Positions 36,475 to 45,801 of a DNA stretch of 54,142 bases are shown one piece after another (position 1 is the stretch's first letter; every line of letters starts with the position of its first letter). A program made the translations under genes and the position numbers. The notes under the pieces were generated by a model that was not told where the DNA came from, made no database searches, and worked only from the letters and a program-made list of their open reading frames with translations. This DNA is from a virus (lineage: Duplodnaviria; Caudoviricetes), in IMG/VR virus record IMGVR_UViG_3300007623_000010, positions 1 through 54,142 of that record; one strand, written 5' to 3'.

Positions 36475-36711
36475 ATGAATTTCAGAAATTTCTTATCAGA
36501 AAACAAAAATAAAGAAAAAGCCGTAGGCAATGTTGCTAAAAGCTTAGGGTGGAAAGAAGTTGATGGTGGTTATGAAGACAAAAACGGAAACCGTTTGATT
36601 TACGTTGACCCTGGTAAATTTGCAGTATCAAGTAAATCAGGACAGACTATCATCCCGCCTAAACCATTTATGACGTTTGACGATATTTCTAAAGCAATAA
36701 AAGATTTATAA
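36475..36711 (+). CDS. Putative capsid-targeted small protein
   Basis: MNFRNFLSE start; TATAAATA at 36414-36421. Confidence 0.65.
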   Translation: MNFRNFLSENKNKEKAVGNVAKSLGWKEVDGGYEDKNGNRLIYVDPGKFAVSSKSGQTIIPPKPFMTFDDISKAIKDL

Positions 36712-36848
36712 ATAAATTTAGAATATGGGTAATTATTAAGTGAAATAATATTATAATTACCCTGTTCTTTGGCAATAACGCCATTTTGAATATGTCCGCA
36801 AAGACAATAAAATAGTGAAACATTTCGATTAAAATTAGGAGAATATAT
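36707..36848 (+). promoter_or_regulatory. gp32 promoters and structured leader
   Basis: TATAAATA at 36707; TTAA-N12-TATAAT (36736/36752) inside the inverted repeat GGGTAATTAT..ATAATTACCC (36727-36762); small hairpins, then an A/T-rich RBS region. Confidence 0.6.
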
Positions 36849-37787
36849 ATGATCGACGCAAGCGCATTTAACTTCGACGCAATGAAAGAAGCAGTAGGTG
36901 TAGACCCTTTCGCAGATAAAACTAACAAGTACGCATCTGACGACCGATTCTACAAATTGACTAAAGACAAAGACGGCAATGGCGCCGCACTTATCCGATT
37001 CCTTCCAGATTCTGAGAAAGGAATGATCCAAAAAATGTTCAAAATCAATACGACAATTACTAAAAATGGTAAGAAGCGTTTTGTTTCTGAATTCTCACCA
37101 TCTACTATCGGTCAACCATGTCCATTCCAAGAAGAGTGGCAGAAACTTTGGAACGCCGGTGATAAAGAAAATTCACGTACATTTGGCCGTGGCGTAAAAT
37201 ACATCGCCAATATTAAAGTAATTAAAGACCCAGCTAATCCAGCAAATGAAGGCAAAATCTTCTTGTTTGAAATGTCTGGCGCTATGAAAGACAAAATCCA
37301 GCAAGCAGTTGATCCAGCAGAATCTGACCGTGCGCTTGGTGCTGAACCTAAGCAGTTGTTCAATCCACTAGCAGGCAATTCTTTCAGACTTGTAAGTAAG
37401 AAAGGTGCTAATGGCTTCATTAACTATGATACATCAGAAGTTATCAACGAAGTAACTTCAATTTATGATTCTGTTGAAGCAGCTTTGGAAGATATTCGAT
37501 CTAATACCTATAAGCTATCGGATCTACTAAAACCTGAAGCATTCATGACATACGAAGAACTTCAGAAAAAACTTCAGTGGGTAACATTTGCTGATCAGGA
37601 AGTTGTTCAACCAACAACTGCACCAACATTGACTGCTGAAGTTGCTCCAGCGCCTGCACAGGTTGCAGAAGTTCAGCCCGCAGTTGCTCAAGTTGCAGCG
37701 GCACAACCTGAACCAGCTCAGCCTGCTCCTGCACCCGCTCCATCATCAAGTGCAAGTCTAGATGACCTATTGAACGGGCTAGTGTAA
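36849..37787 (+). CDS. 32: Single-stranded DNA-binding protein (gp32)
   Basis: DDRFYKL.KDKDGNGAALIRFLP, PSTIGQPCP, YIANIKVIKDPANPANEGKIFLF, FNP..G.SF, NYD.S; tail SLDDLLNGLV. Confidence 0.93.
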   Translation: MIDASAFNFDAMKEAVGVDPFADKTNKYASDDRFYKLTKDKDGNGAALIRFLPDSEKGMIQKMFKINTTITKNGKKRFVSEFSPSTIGQPCPFQEEWQKLWNAGDKENSRTFGRGVKYIANIKVIKDPANPANEGKIFLFEMSGAMKDKIQQAVDPAESDRALGAEPKQLFNPLAGNSFRLVSKKGANGFINYDTSEVINEVTSIYDSVEAALEDIRSNTYKLSDLLKPEAFMTYEELQKKLQWVTFADQEVVQPTTAPTLTAEVAPAPAQVAEVQPAVAQVAAAQPEPAQPAPAPAPSSSASLDDLLNGLV

Positions 37788-37805
37788 GACTTCGGTCTTA
37801 CCTTC
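37784..37805 (+). terminator. CUUCGG hairpin after gp32
   Basis: GTAAGAC-TTCG-GTCTTAC with a weak U-tract; a T4-type stabilising or terminating hairpin. Confidence 0.7.
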
Positions 37806-37819
37806 CCTAGGAGGTTGCT

Positions 37820-38923
37820 ATGATACTTATAGATTTCAGTTCGATTATACATCGAATGATACATACTTCGGTTGCTTCAATAAAGCCGAATAAAAAGGAT
37901 GGAAAGTATGTTACTTCTGAATTCATTGGATTGACGAAGTACTACATTCTTCAAGATTTGTTTGGCATCAAACAGGAGCACGAGGCAAAGTTCGGCAACT
38001 TAGTTATCTGTCTAGATAAATCAGCAAATGGTTACTGGCGTAAAGATGTTTACGCTGGTTACAAATCAAGTCGCAAAAAAGGTCGTGATGAATCGGAAAT
38101 TAACTTTGGCGAAGTGTTCAAAGAAATTGACGAATTGATCGAGCAAATCAAAAATAACCTTCCTTGGAAAGTTATTGAAGTACCTAAGGCTGAAGCTGAC
38201 GACATTATGCTTGTATTAGCGAAAGAATACAACAAATACGAAAATGTTTTAATTCATTCGCCAGATAAGGATATGATTCAAGCACAGCGTGATAACGACA
38301 CAGTATTCCAATATTCGGCTCTAACTAAAAAATGGCTAGTACCCGAAAACAAACATGATCATATGGATCATTGGATTATGGAACACGTGTGTCTTGGTGA
38401 TGCTTCTGATGATGTCCCGAAAGTAGTTGATGGAACAGAATTTAGCAAAAACTTTGTGCAACATTTGTCTGATGCAGGATATAACATCAAAGACCCAATG
38501 GAGTTTAAGGCTGCACCAATATCTTCTGATATTAAAAAGCAGATGATTGAATCTTTCGATGTTTATAAACTGAATCGTAAAGGCGAATCAACTGGTGTTA
38601 AAGACATCTACAAAGATATAAAATTCGGTCCAGCGACACTTAAGAAAAAGGTTGCAGAACATGGCTCATTAGATGCTTGGCTCGATTCACATCCTTTGTA
38701 TCGCAAAAACTATGACAGAAACTTTACGCTTGTTATGGCTGAAGGTATTCCCTCCAACATTTGGAATGAAATTATTCTACAGTATAAGCAAGCACGAGCA
38801 GAATACAACAATAAAGAATTTGAGGAATATTTAAATAAAAATGAATTAAAATCTATATTAATGGATTTGCCCTCAATCTTTAAAGTTGACCGTGAACTTA
38901 CCGCAGAAGATTTCGGCTGGTAA
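37820..38923 (+). CDS. rnh: RNase H / 5'-3' flap exonuclease (T4 rnh)
   Basis: ILIDFS, YWRK..YK..R, EADD, SPDKDMIQ, GDASDDVP. Confidence 0.92.
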   Translation: MILIDFSSIIHRMIHTSVASIKPNKKDGKYVTSEFIGLTKYYILQDLFGIKQEHEAKFGNLVICLDKSANGYWRKDVYAGYKSSRKKGRDESEINFGEVFKEIDELIEQIKNNLPWKVIEVPKAEADDIMLVLAKEYNKYENVLIHSPDKDMIQAQRDNDTVFQYSALTKKWLVPENKHDHMDHWIMEHVCLGDASDDVPKVVDGTEFSKNFVQHLSDAGYNIKDPMEFKAAPISSDIKKQMIESFDVYKLNRKGESTGVKDIYKDIKFGPATLKKKVAEHGSLDAWLDSHPLYRKNYDRNFTLVMAEGIPSNIWNEIILQYKQARAEYNNKEFEEYLNKNELKSILMDLPSIFKVDRELTAEDFGW

Positions 38924-38943
38924 GATTTACTTGAAGGATAGAT

Positions 38944-39936
38944 ATGTTAGACAGACTAGACATAAAATACTTCAAATTGGCTGTAGGAATGGACAGCATC
39001 GGTAAAGAAACTGATGTTGACATTTCTGCTCGTTGTCCAATTTGTGGCGATAGTCGCAAAAAGAAAAGCGCAAAACGATTACATCTTTATACAAAAGGAA
39101 ATGTAACAAACGTTAACTGTTTTAATGGAGACTGCTCTTGTAAAAATAAAACAGTTTATTCGTTTCTACGCGATTTTTTTCCGGCTTTGTTAGGTCAATA
39201 TAAAAAGGAAAACTTTGGTAACACTATTGAGAAATTAGCTAAAGGCGACACAGAAGATGTCTTTGGCCAATTTAAGAAGGAAGAAAAGAAAGTTACTGAG
39301 GTTTTAATTCACGACCTCTCCCCTTACTTTAAAGATATTTCTAAAGTTCCAGCTGCTTTAGAGTATCTAGAGGGGCGAGGTTATTCCTACAAAGAGCACC
39401 GTTATGGTAAATGGTATTTCGCTGAACAAGATTTAAAGATTGGCGAAACACTCTATCGAACAAATAATTCGCTAGTAATTCCTCTATATTATAATAATCA
39501 AATGTATGGGTTTTATTCGCGCAATATTTATGATAAAACATTTGCCACATATATGCATGATGCAAATATAGGATACAAAATATGGAATTGGTTCAATATT
39601 AAAAAGGATCAACCTGTATTCATTTACGAAGGCATCTTTGACGCTATTGCAGGTGGTCTCCCAAATAGTATTGCACTTATGGGTGCTAAAATACCAGATG
39701 AACGATTAAATGAATTAAAACATCCCGTTTTTGTTCTTGATAACGACAAAACTGGGCTTATAAATAGTCTTAGTTATGCCGAAAAGGGTCATTCTGTTTA
39801 TGTTCAACCAAACAATTTCGTTGAAAAAGACATGAATGAATTATTATTAAACAATGATATTGACGTATCGGATCTAATTCAGAATAATCTTTATAATGGC
39901 ATTGCTGCACAAATAAGAATAAAAGCAAAATTATAA
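38944..39936 (+). CDS. 61: DNA primase (gp61)
   Basis: RCPICGDS..CFNGDC zinc finger; EGIFDA, LDNDKTG, KDMNE (TOPRIM). Confidence 0.92.
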   Translation: MLDRLDIKYFKLAVGMDSIGKETDVDISARCPICGDSRKKKSAKRLHLYTKGNVTNVNCFNGDCSCKNKTVYSFLRDFFPALLGQYKKENFGNTIEKLAKGDTEDVFGQFKKEEKKVTEVLIHDLSPYFKDISKVPAALEYLEGRGYSYKEHRYGKWYFAEQDLKIGETLYRTNNSLVIPLYYNNQMYGFYSRNIYDKTFATYMHDANIGYKIWNWFNIKKDQPVFIYEGIFDAIAGGLPNSIALMGAKIPDERLNELKHPVFVLDNDKTGLINSLSYAEKGHSVYVQPNNFVEKDMNELLLNNDIDVSDLIQNNLYNGIAAQIRIKAKL

Positions 39937-39946
39937 GGAGAAGGAA

Positions 39947-40414
39947 TTGTTCTTACAAGCTGGAGACAGGTTGATAAACCTGCAAAATGTTAGTAACATC
40001 AATTTATTGCGAGATCGCAAACGAATAGTTTTTAATATGAATTATAACATTCAAATTAATTCGCGTAATGGAAGTAAATTGATTAGTGATTATGTTTATT
40101 GGGATTGCGACGATAGCAAAGAATTTCAACATAACATGTATAATTTAACCACGAATGAGTATTTTGTCAACAATTTTATTGATAAAATAAATTATGAAGG
40201 TTACATTAATTTAAACGAAATTAGTTCAATTAAGTATAGTTTTAAGAAAAACCGTGTTATATTTAACTTGAGCCACCCAGTTACTTTTACAGATTTTGAT
40301 GGACGAGATAAGATTACATCTGAATTCGTTTACGTTAATTGTAAAGATAGCAAACAGTTTTCTGAATATTCAGAATATATAGAAAAAACATTAGGAGAGA
40401 AGAATGGAAATTAG
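39947..40414 (+). CDS. Hypothetical protein with an internal tandem duplication
   Basis: INLQNVSNI..RIVFNMNYNI..ISDYVY versus INLNEISSI..RVIFNLSHPV..TSEFVY. Confidence 0.7.
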   Translation: MFLQAGDRLINLQNVSNINLLRDRKRIVFNMNYNIQINSRNGSKLISDYVYWDCDDSKEFQHNMYNLTTNEYFVNNFIDKINYEGYINLNEISSIKYSFKKNRVIFNLSHPVTFTDFDGRDKITSEFVYVNCKDSKQFSEYSEYIEKTLGEKNGN

Positions 40415-40691
40415 ATCAACTGAAGAAGCGCGTTCAAACGTCGAAGAGTTCGCAGACCGATACACGAATCTTTTGCTTGAAAAGAAGAAGCTTGATGACG
40501 ACATTAAAGCTTTGAAAAACGAGTTCAAAGAAGAAGGTGTACCAGTTGGGATTGTTTGCAAAGCACTTAACGTATTGAAAGCACAGAAGAAGAAAACCGA
40601 CTCTCAGATCTTTGAAGAAGAAACAATTCAAGATTGGTTGGAAAATAACGCTAAGATTGACGACAAAGTTGGCCAACTAATAGCAAAATAA
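40404..40691 (+). CDS. dsDNA-binding protein (T4 DsbA/GapR-like)
   Basis: Helical L.LEKK.LDDDIK.LK.E.KEEG pattern; near rnh as in T4. Confidence 0.6.
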   Translation: MEIRSTEEARSNVEEFADRYTNLLLEKKKLDDDIKALKNEFKEEGVPVGIVCKALNVLKAQKKKTDSQIFEEETIQDWLENNAKIDDKVGQLIAK

Positions 40692-40702
40692 GCGAATAGA
40701 TA

Positions 40703-41380
40703 ATGAAGTATACGCCTTATAGTTTTTCGAAAATAAGCACTCACAAAAAGTGCAATCGAAAATTCAAATATAGTTACATCGATAAGGCTCCAAAGTCTGA
40801 GGTAGATTTGACCCCGCTGCTGAAAGGTGGCGCGGTTCATTCTATCTTAGAACATTATCCGAACGAAAGTACTCATAAGTTAGCTCCAAAATATCAGCAT
40901 ATTGCCGATAAATTCATTTCTACAAAGCTTGGAAAAAAATACCTATCTCAAGATAGTATTCGTGAATTTGATTTTGGTCTATCTAAAGAATTAACACCTA
41001 CTGAATATCGTGATAAGGAAGCGCTATTCCGTGGAAGTGTTGACTTCATTTGTACAATAGAAGATACGCTTCATCTTATCGATTGGAAAACGGGAAAATA
41101 TAGAGAACAAAAGTGGCAAGAATATGATCAACTTATGTTCTATGGAATCTATTTCTTCCAACGTTACCCATCAATTAATACGATTAAAATATCTTACGTT
41201 TATATAGAGCATCCTGAAACTGAGAATGATCTAATGCTTGAGCGAAAATATTTAGATACGTATATAAGCGAACTACGAGACCTTATAAATAATGCAGAAA
41301 AGGATGAAGATTTTGTTAAAAATCCATCGCCGTTATGCCAATGGTGTGAATATAGGGTTCACTGCGAATCAGATAATTAA
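40703..41380 (+). CDS. Cas4/RecB-like PD-(D/E)xK exonuclease
   Basis: SFSKI..C.RKF, G.AVH.ILE, GSVD..IDWKTG, QL..Y, CQWCEY..C (split 4-Cys Fe-S pattern). Confidence 0.85.
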   Translation: MKYTPYSFSKISTHKKCNRKFKYSYIDKAPKSEVDLTPLLKGGAVHSILEHYPNESTHKLAPKYQHIADKFISTKLGKKYLSQDSIREFDFGLSKELTPTEYRDKEALFRGSVDFICTIEDTLHLIDWKTGKYREQKWQEYDQLMFYGIYFFQRYPSINTIKISYVYIEHPETENDLMLERKYLDTYISELRDLINNAEKDEDFVKNPSPLCQWCEYRVHCESDN

Positions 41381-41390
41381 ATCTTCCTCG

Positions 41391-41398
41391 TATAAATA
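41391..41398 (+). promoter_or_regulatory. Late promoter
   Basis: TATAAATA. Confidence 0.75.
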
Positions 41399-41442
41399 TA
41401 AATAAGATATAATAAACTTTTAAACAAAGGAAGATATAAACC

Positions 41443-42330
41443 ATGGAAAATATCGAAAACAAAAACCCTTTGCTTGAAGATACTACTGGTCCTAATGCAC
41501 CGGAAATCGCGACTACAGACGAGAATCTTTCGGTAGATGCCATGTATCAACAAGCGGCTCTGCCATCTTTAGGTAGACAAATCTTTTCAGTAATTCCTAT
41601 GAATGGCCCAACTGCGGCACTATTCAATATTCGTAAAAAATCAGGTACAACTGATTTTGAATTAGTTAGAGCTGAAGTAGAAGTTGAACCGTCGACTTCG
41701 ATTCATACTGGCATTTCCCAAGAAGCAATTCAGGATTTAAAAGCACAATACGGTAAAGAAGTAGGTACCGTCGTAGGTACTTTATTGCGCGGTCTTGCTA
41801 ACGATCAAGAAAATGAAGCTACATTGGCATTCCTAGCCTCTAACTCCGTTGAAATAACTGTTGGTGATGCACTTGATTTAACAGAGTCTACAAATGCAGA
41901 ATACAACGCGTTTGAGATTCAACAGAAAGTCCATGAATTAGTTCTAAGAGCTAACTCTAAAACTATGAGAACATACGAATCTTTCTGTGTTTTACCATAC
42001 ACCACTGCCGCAACATTTGCTGCATTGAATAACTATGTAGGTGGTATGGATAAAGACGAACGTGGTCTGTTTATCGCCGAGATTGGTAACACTAAATACT
42101 TTATGAACCCTGATCCTACTGCGACGACTGCTTATGTCGGATTAAAAGATTCGCTTAACCCGTCTAAATCATCCGCAGTATTCTCACCATATCGTAGTGA
42201 AGTTGTGGAAGCGACTAACGCAAATACAGGTGAGGCTACTTATCATATCTATAACAGATTCGCAATCACTGCTTCTCCATTATCAGAAGCTGGTAACGAG
42301 ATGTTGTTTAAGTTCACCATCAATCTTTAA
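41443..42330 (+). CDS. gp23/gp24-family capsid protein paralog (short)
   Basis: IFSVIPMNGPTAALF, SQEAIQDLKAQYG, AYVGLK..AVFSPY..RFAIT.SP; LLE cleavage-like site near the N-terminus. Confidence 0.8.
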   Translation: MENIENKNPLLEDTTGPNAPEIATTDENLSVDAMYQQAALPSLGRQIFSVIPMNGPTAALFNIRKKSGTTDFELVRAEVEVEPSTSIHTGISQEAIQDLKAQYGKEVGTVVGTLLRGLANDQENEATLAFLASNSVEITVGDALDLTESTNAEYNAFEIQQKVHELVLRANSKTMRTYESFCVLPYTTAATFAALNNYVGGMDKDERGLFIAEIGNTKYFMNPDPTATTAYVGLKDSLNPSKSSAVFSPYRSEVVEATNANTGEATYHIYNRFAITASPLSEAGNEMLFKFTINL

Positions 42331-42337
42331 GGGGTGA

Positions 42338-42607
42338 ATGATGAGTTTTTTAGAGATTTTTAACAATGAAAAAACTTCTAAACAACCTGAAGCAAGCATC
42401 ACAGAATCTAAAATGCAGGTTGAAGCGAAAGCACAAGAACCTGAAAAAATACTACGAGGAGCAGGTTACAAAATCAAACTTGTAACCCCAACCTCTTTTG
42501 GTACCCAGATAGATTTTGCTAAACTGTATGATGAAGAAGAAATTAAACAGCTATTAAAAGATTTTACAATAAAAATAAAACAAAAAAGTGTTTTCATTGT
42601 CGATTAA
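42338..42607 (+). CDS. Hypothetical late protein, putatively capsid-targeted
   Basis: MMSFLEIFNNE start; co-transcribed with the capsid paralog. Confidence 0.6.
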   Translation: MMSFLEIFNNEKTSKQPEASITESKMQVEAKAQEPEKILRGAGYKIKLVTPTSFGTQIDFAKLYDEEEIKQLLKDFTIKIKQKSVFIVD

Positions 42608-42633
42608 TAGTGATATAATAAAGGAAATTAAAA

Positions 42634-43017
42634 ATGAAATTTAAAACATTCTTGGAAGAACAACGATTGGTCGAACTTGAAGAAGCTACAATGGCTAACA
42701 TCAAGAAAGAAGTTCAAGCTGAACTCGACAAAATGAGCGATGCTGAACTGAAAGCTGCAGTTAAGAAACAAAAGACAACTAAGCCGATTGATCACAACCG
42801 TGGTATGATCGCAATGGATGTTATGAACGCTGAAATGAAAAAGCGTGGTCTGAAAGAAGAAGTTGAAGAACAATCAGATAAGCAAAAAGCATATCAAGAA
42901 TTCTTCGAAAAAACTCTTAAAAAGTACGGCGTAAAATCTCCTTCAGAGCTATCAGACGAAGATAAGAAAAAATTCTTTGATGAAGTTGATGCTGGTTGGA
43001 ACGCTGACGACGAATAA
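42634..43017 (+). CDS. Putative prohead core/internal protein
   Basis: MKFKTFLEE start; several L-x-E sites; C-terminal YQEFF..LKKYGVKSPSELS..KKKFF..W domain. Confidence 0.65.
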   Translation: MKFKTFLEEQRLVELEEATMANIKKEVQAELDKMSDAELKAAVKKQKTTKPIDHNRGMIAMDVMNAEMKKRGLKEEVEEQSDKQKAYQEFFEKTLKKYGVKSPSELSDEDKKKFFDEVDAGWNADDE

Positions 43018-43043
43018 TAAAAACATAAAATAATAATATTTTA

Positions 43044-43069
43044 GGATAGCTTCGGCTATCCATTTTTTT
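43044..43069 (+). terminator. Intrinsic terminator with CUUCGG loop
   Basis: GGATAGC-TTCG-GCTATCC-ATTTTTTT. Confidence 0.88.
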
Positions 43070-43129
43070 CTCTAATTTATTAACCGAATAGTATATATAA
43101 TACTATAGTAACATAAATGAAGGAAGGTC

Positions 43130-45793
43130 ATGAAGGAAAATATAACGGTTTTTCACGCCAAGAAAACCACAAATAAAACGCCGATGTCACCTTATGACGA
43201 CAACACGTTCGTCTTTGAAACATATCAAGCAACGTCGAACTTGCAGATGTATTCTGTATTGGTCTCGCATTTCATACTCAATATCCCACTTGATAAGCTC
43301 GACAAACCAGTTCGCACATTTAGACGTAAAGCTAATCTTGAGCCGCTTTATGGCGATTGTATTAATTACTTTATTCTTGATATCGACGACGTAAAATCCG
43401 AATATGACAAACAGCAGATCCTTGAGTATTTCAAGGATTACAAGGTTATTCTTGGCGAGTCTAAAAGTTACAATGGCATTAACAATTTCAATATGAAAGG
43501 TTTTTTATTCACCGAAAGTATTGATTTTAAAGATGCCAAAATGGCTTTATCTGTTATTCATCATGACCTTTCTCATTTATGTACAATTGATGAATCTGTT
43601 ATTCGCAAAGCTTCATTGAATGCACCTATTCTTAAGAATAACGTGTTCCTTAATAACGAAGATGGAACTAGATTTAAGTTTGTAAAACAAACTGCAATTG
43701 AACACATCAACGAAGTTAAGAAAGAGTACATCGGTGAAGGTGTCGAAATCAATGTTAATGAAATCCAAAACATTGAAGCAGATACTATGGAAAAACTTTG
43801 TCTAAAGGTTTTTCAATCGATGGGCTTTGAAGCCATGCGCAATAACCCAAATGATAGCATTAGCTTTAAACACCCGTCTGAAGAAAAGTCTCCAGGCGGG
43901 TACTTTTGGTTTAGTTCATCACCTTACACTATGCATCATGGCAATAGCGTAAAGAGTATTAACATTTTTGAAAGTGTACGTAAACTTCCTATCGCAAAAG
44001 AATTGATGAAAAAAGAAATCAACTATGATGATGAATTTCTTCAATTTAATACTGACACATCTGTCGTTACTGTTAATGAAAAATATCTAGAAGTTTCTGA
44101 AGATATTCATAAAACCGTAGATACTTTTTTAAATAACCGTAATGGTTTGCTCAGTATTCGTTCACCGATGGGTACGGGCAAAAGTACATTAATCAACCAC
44201 ATCATTCAAGAGTGTCATGAACAAGACATGAAAGTCCTTATCGTGACGAATAGGATTTCAGTAGCACAAGACTTTGGTAAAAAATATGGCATTAAAGTCT
44301 ATAATCAAGACCAATACAATATTGGCGATTCATTAGTGTGCCAGTTTGATTCTTTGTGGAAATATAATATTAAGTTCTTTGACATCGTGATAATGGACGA
44401 ATTTATTTCGTTAATGATGCACAGTCGTTCTAATCTTAATAACAGTTCTATCAATATCGCTAAATTCTTTGGATGTTTTAATAAAAAATTAGTTATTGCT
44501 GATGCATTTTTAACTGGATACGAAAACTTCTTGCTAAATAATAAAGAAACGAATATTCATTTGATCGATAACATTTATCGTGATCCGACGACATTGTATA
44601 GTTATGACGATTTGAATTATTTCGTTGATTCGTTAGTTTATCATACGTCGAAACACAAAATTACAGTTAGTGCAACATCGCTTTCGTTTATTAATTCGTT
44701 GCAAATGCTACTAGCAAAACGTGGTCTAAAGGTTGTCACATTGACAGCAGAAACGCCTGAAAGTACTAAGAAGTTAGTATACGAATTATTTGAAAAGGAA
44801 GATCATGATAAGTGGGACGTATTGATTTATTCACCGACCTTGACAGTTGGCGTATCTAATCTAAACAATGTACATTATCACTTTCATTATGATAGTTCAA
44901 TGAGTACTGACGTCATTTCATCAATTCAGATGATTAAACGTACTCGAAAAACGAAAGAAATACATATGTTCATAAAGGAAAAGATTAACTATCTAAAAAC
45001 TAGTTACAACGATATTCGCGATGAATATATGGGCAACATTGGTCGAAATATAGAACAAAATTATCTATTTGATATTGACGATTATGGCGAATCAAAATTA
45101 TCAGAAATTGGCAAAAAAGCAATTAAAATTGATACATTTAAAAATATTCTTGAATTCAACCATAAAGAAGCAATGAATTGGCTATTGAAATATCACTTTA
45201 TGAAAGAACCACGTGTAATTGATAAAACGTTTTCATCGAACATTCTTAGTAAATATCAGAAGCAAATTCGAGAAGACAAGCAGAATTTGTTGATGAATAA
45301 TATTGAGCAGTTTATGATGCTGAACGACATGGAAAAAACATCGTTATTGATGGACGCAGACGCAGATAAAACATTAAGAATTCTTGCAGAAATCGACGAC
45401 GAAATACGTGATTGTTCGCCAACTGTTAAAAGTAAAATTCTAGATTGTTCATTACATGACCGTTCATTTATTCAAAAGTGCAAGTATTATAAAGTAGTTT
45501 TTAATTACACTAAAAAGATATGGGACGAAACAGATGTTAAAAATCTAGTGTCAAGATCTGTAATTACATCAAATAATGATGATCTTCATTTTTATAATGT
45601 ACTATTAGCTTATGGTCAAAAAGAAATATTTGATGAATATCTTCCAAAACATATTAATCAAAATAAGCATTTGAAGTACATTCTTGATAAATGTGGGTAC
45701 AAAGTAACTAAACAAAATGCGCCTGGTGTAGTTGGTCATCGCGGTTATTGCGTTGATCAAAACATTAAGGAATTATACGGGTATATTAAATAG
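43130..45793 (+). CDS. Origin-binding-protein-like SF2 helicase (UL9-like) with N-terminal primase-like region
   Basis: IRSPMGTGKS, VTNRISVA, CQFDSL, IMDE, IADA, IYSPTLTVGVS, QMIKRTR; N-terminal FILDIDD..ESKS. Confidence 0.78.
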   Translation: MKENITVFHAKKTTNKTPMSPYDDNTFVFETYQATSNLQMYSVLVSHFILNIPLDKLDKPVRTFRRKANLEPLYGDCINYFILDIDDVKSEYDKQQILEYFKDYKVILGESKSYNGINNFNMKGFLFTESIDFKDAKMALSVIHHDLSHLCTIDESVIRKASLNAPILKNNVFLNNEDGTRFKFVKQTAIEHINEVKKEYIGEGVEINVNEIQNIEADTMEKLCLKVFQSMGFEAMRNNPNDSISFKHPSEEKSPGGYFWFSSSPYTMHHGNSVKSINIFESVRKLPIAKELMKKEINYDDEFLQFNTDTSVVTVNEKYLEVSEDIHKTVDTFLNNRNGLLSIRSPMGTGKSTLINHIIQECHEQDMKVLIVTNRISVAQDFGKKYGIKVYNQDQYNIGDSLVCQFDSLWKYNIKFFDIVIMDEFISLMMHSRSNLNNSSINIAKFFGCFNKKLVIADAFLTGYENFLLNNKETNIHLIDNIYRDPTTLYSYDDLNYFVDSLVYHTSKHKITVSATSLSFINSLQMLLAKRGLKVVTLTAETPESTKKLVYELFEKEDHDKWDVLIYSPTLTVGVSNLNNVHYHFHYDSSMSTDVISSIQMIKRTRKTKEIHMFIKEKINYLKTSYNDIRDEYMGNIGRNIEQNYLFDIDDYGESKLSEIGKKAIKIDTFKNILEFNHKEAMNWLLKYHFMKEPRVIDKTFSSNILSKYQKQIREDKQNLLMNNIEQFMMLNDMEKTSLLMDADADKTLRILAEIDDEIRDCSPTVKSKILDCSLHDRSFIQKCKYYKVVFNYTKKIWDETDVKNLVSRSVITSNNDDLHFYNVLLAYGQKEIFDEYLPKHINQNKHLKYILDKCGYKVTKQNAPGVVGHRGYCVDQNIKELYGYIK

Positions 45794-45801
45794 GAATAAC
45801 A

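Noticed and set aside
37600-37760. Pro/Ala/Gln-rich repeat-like DNA
   Set aside because: This is the low-complexity linker of the gp32 tail.
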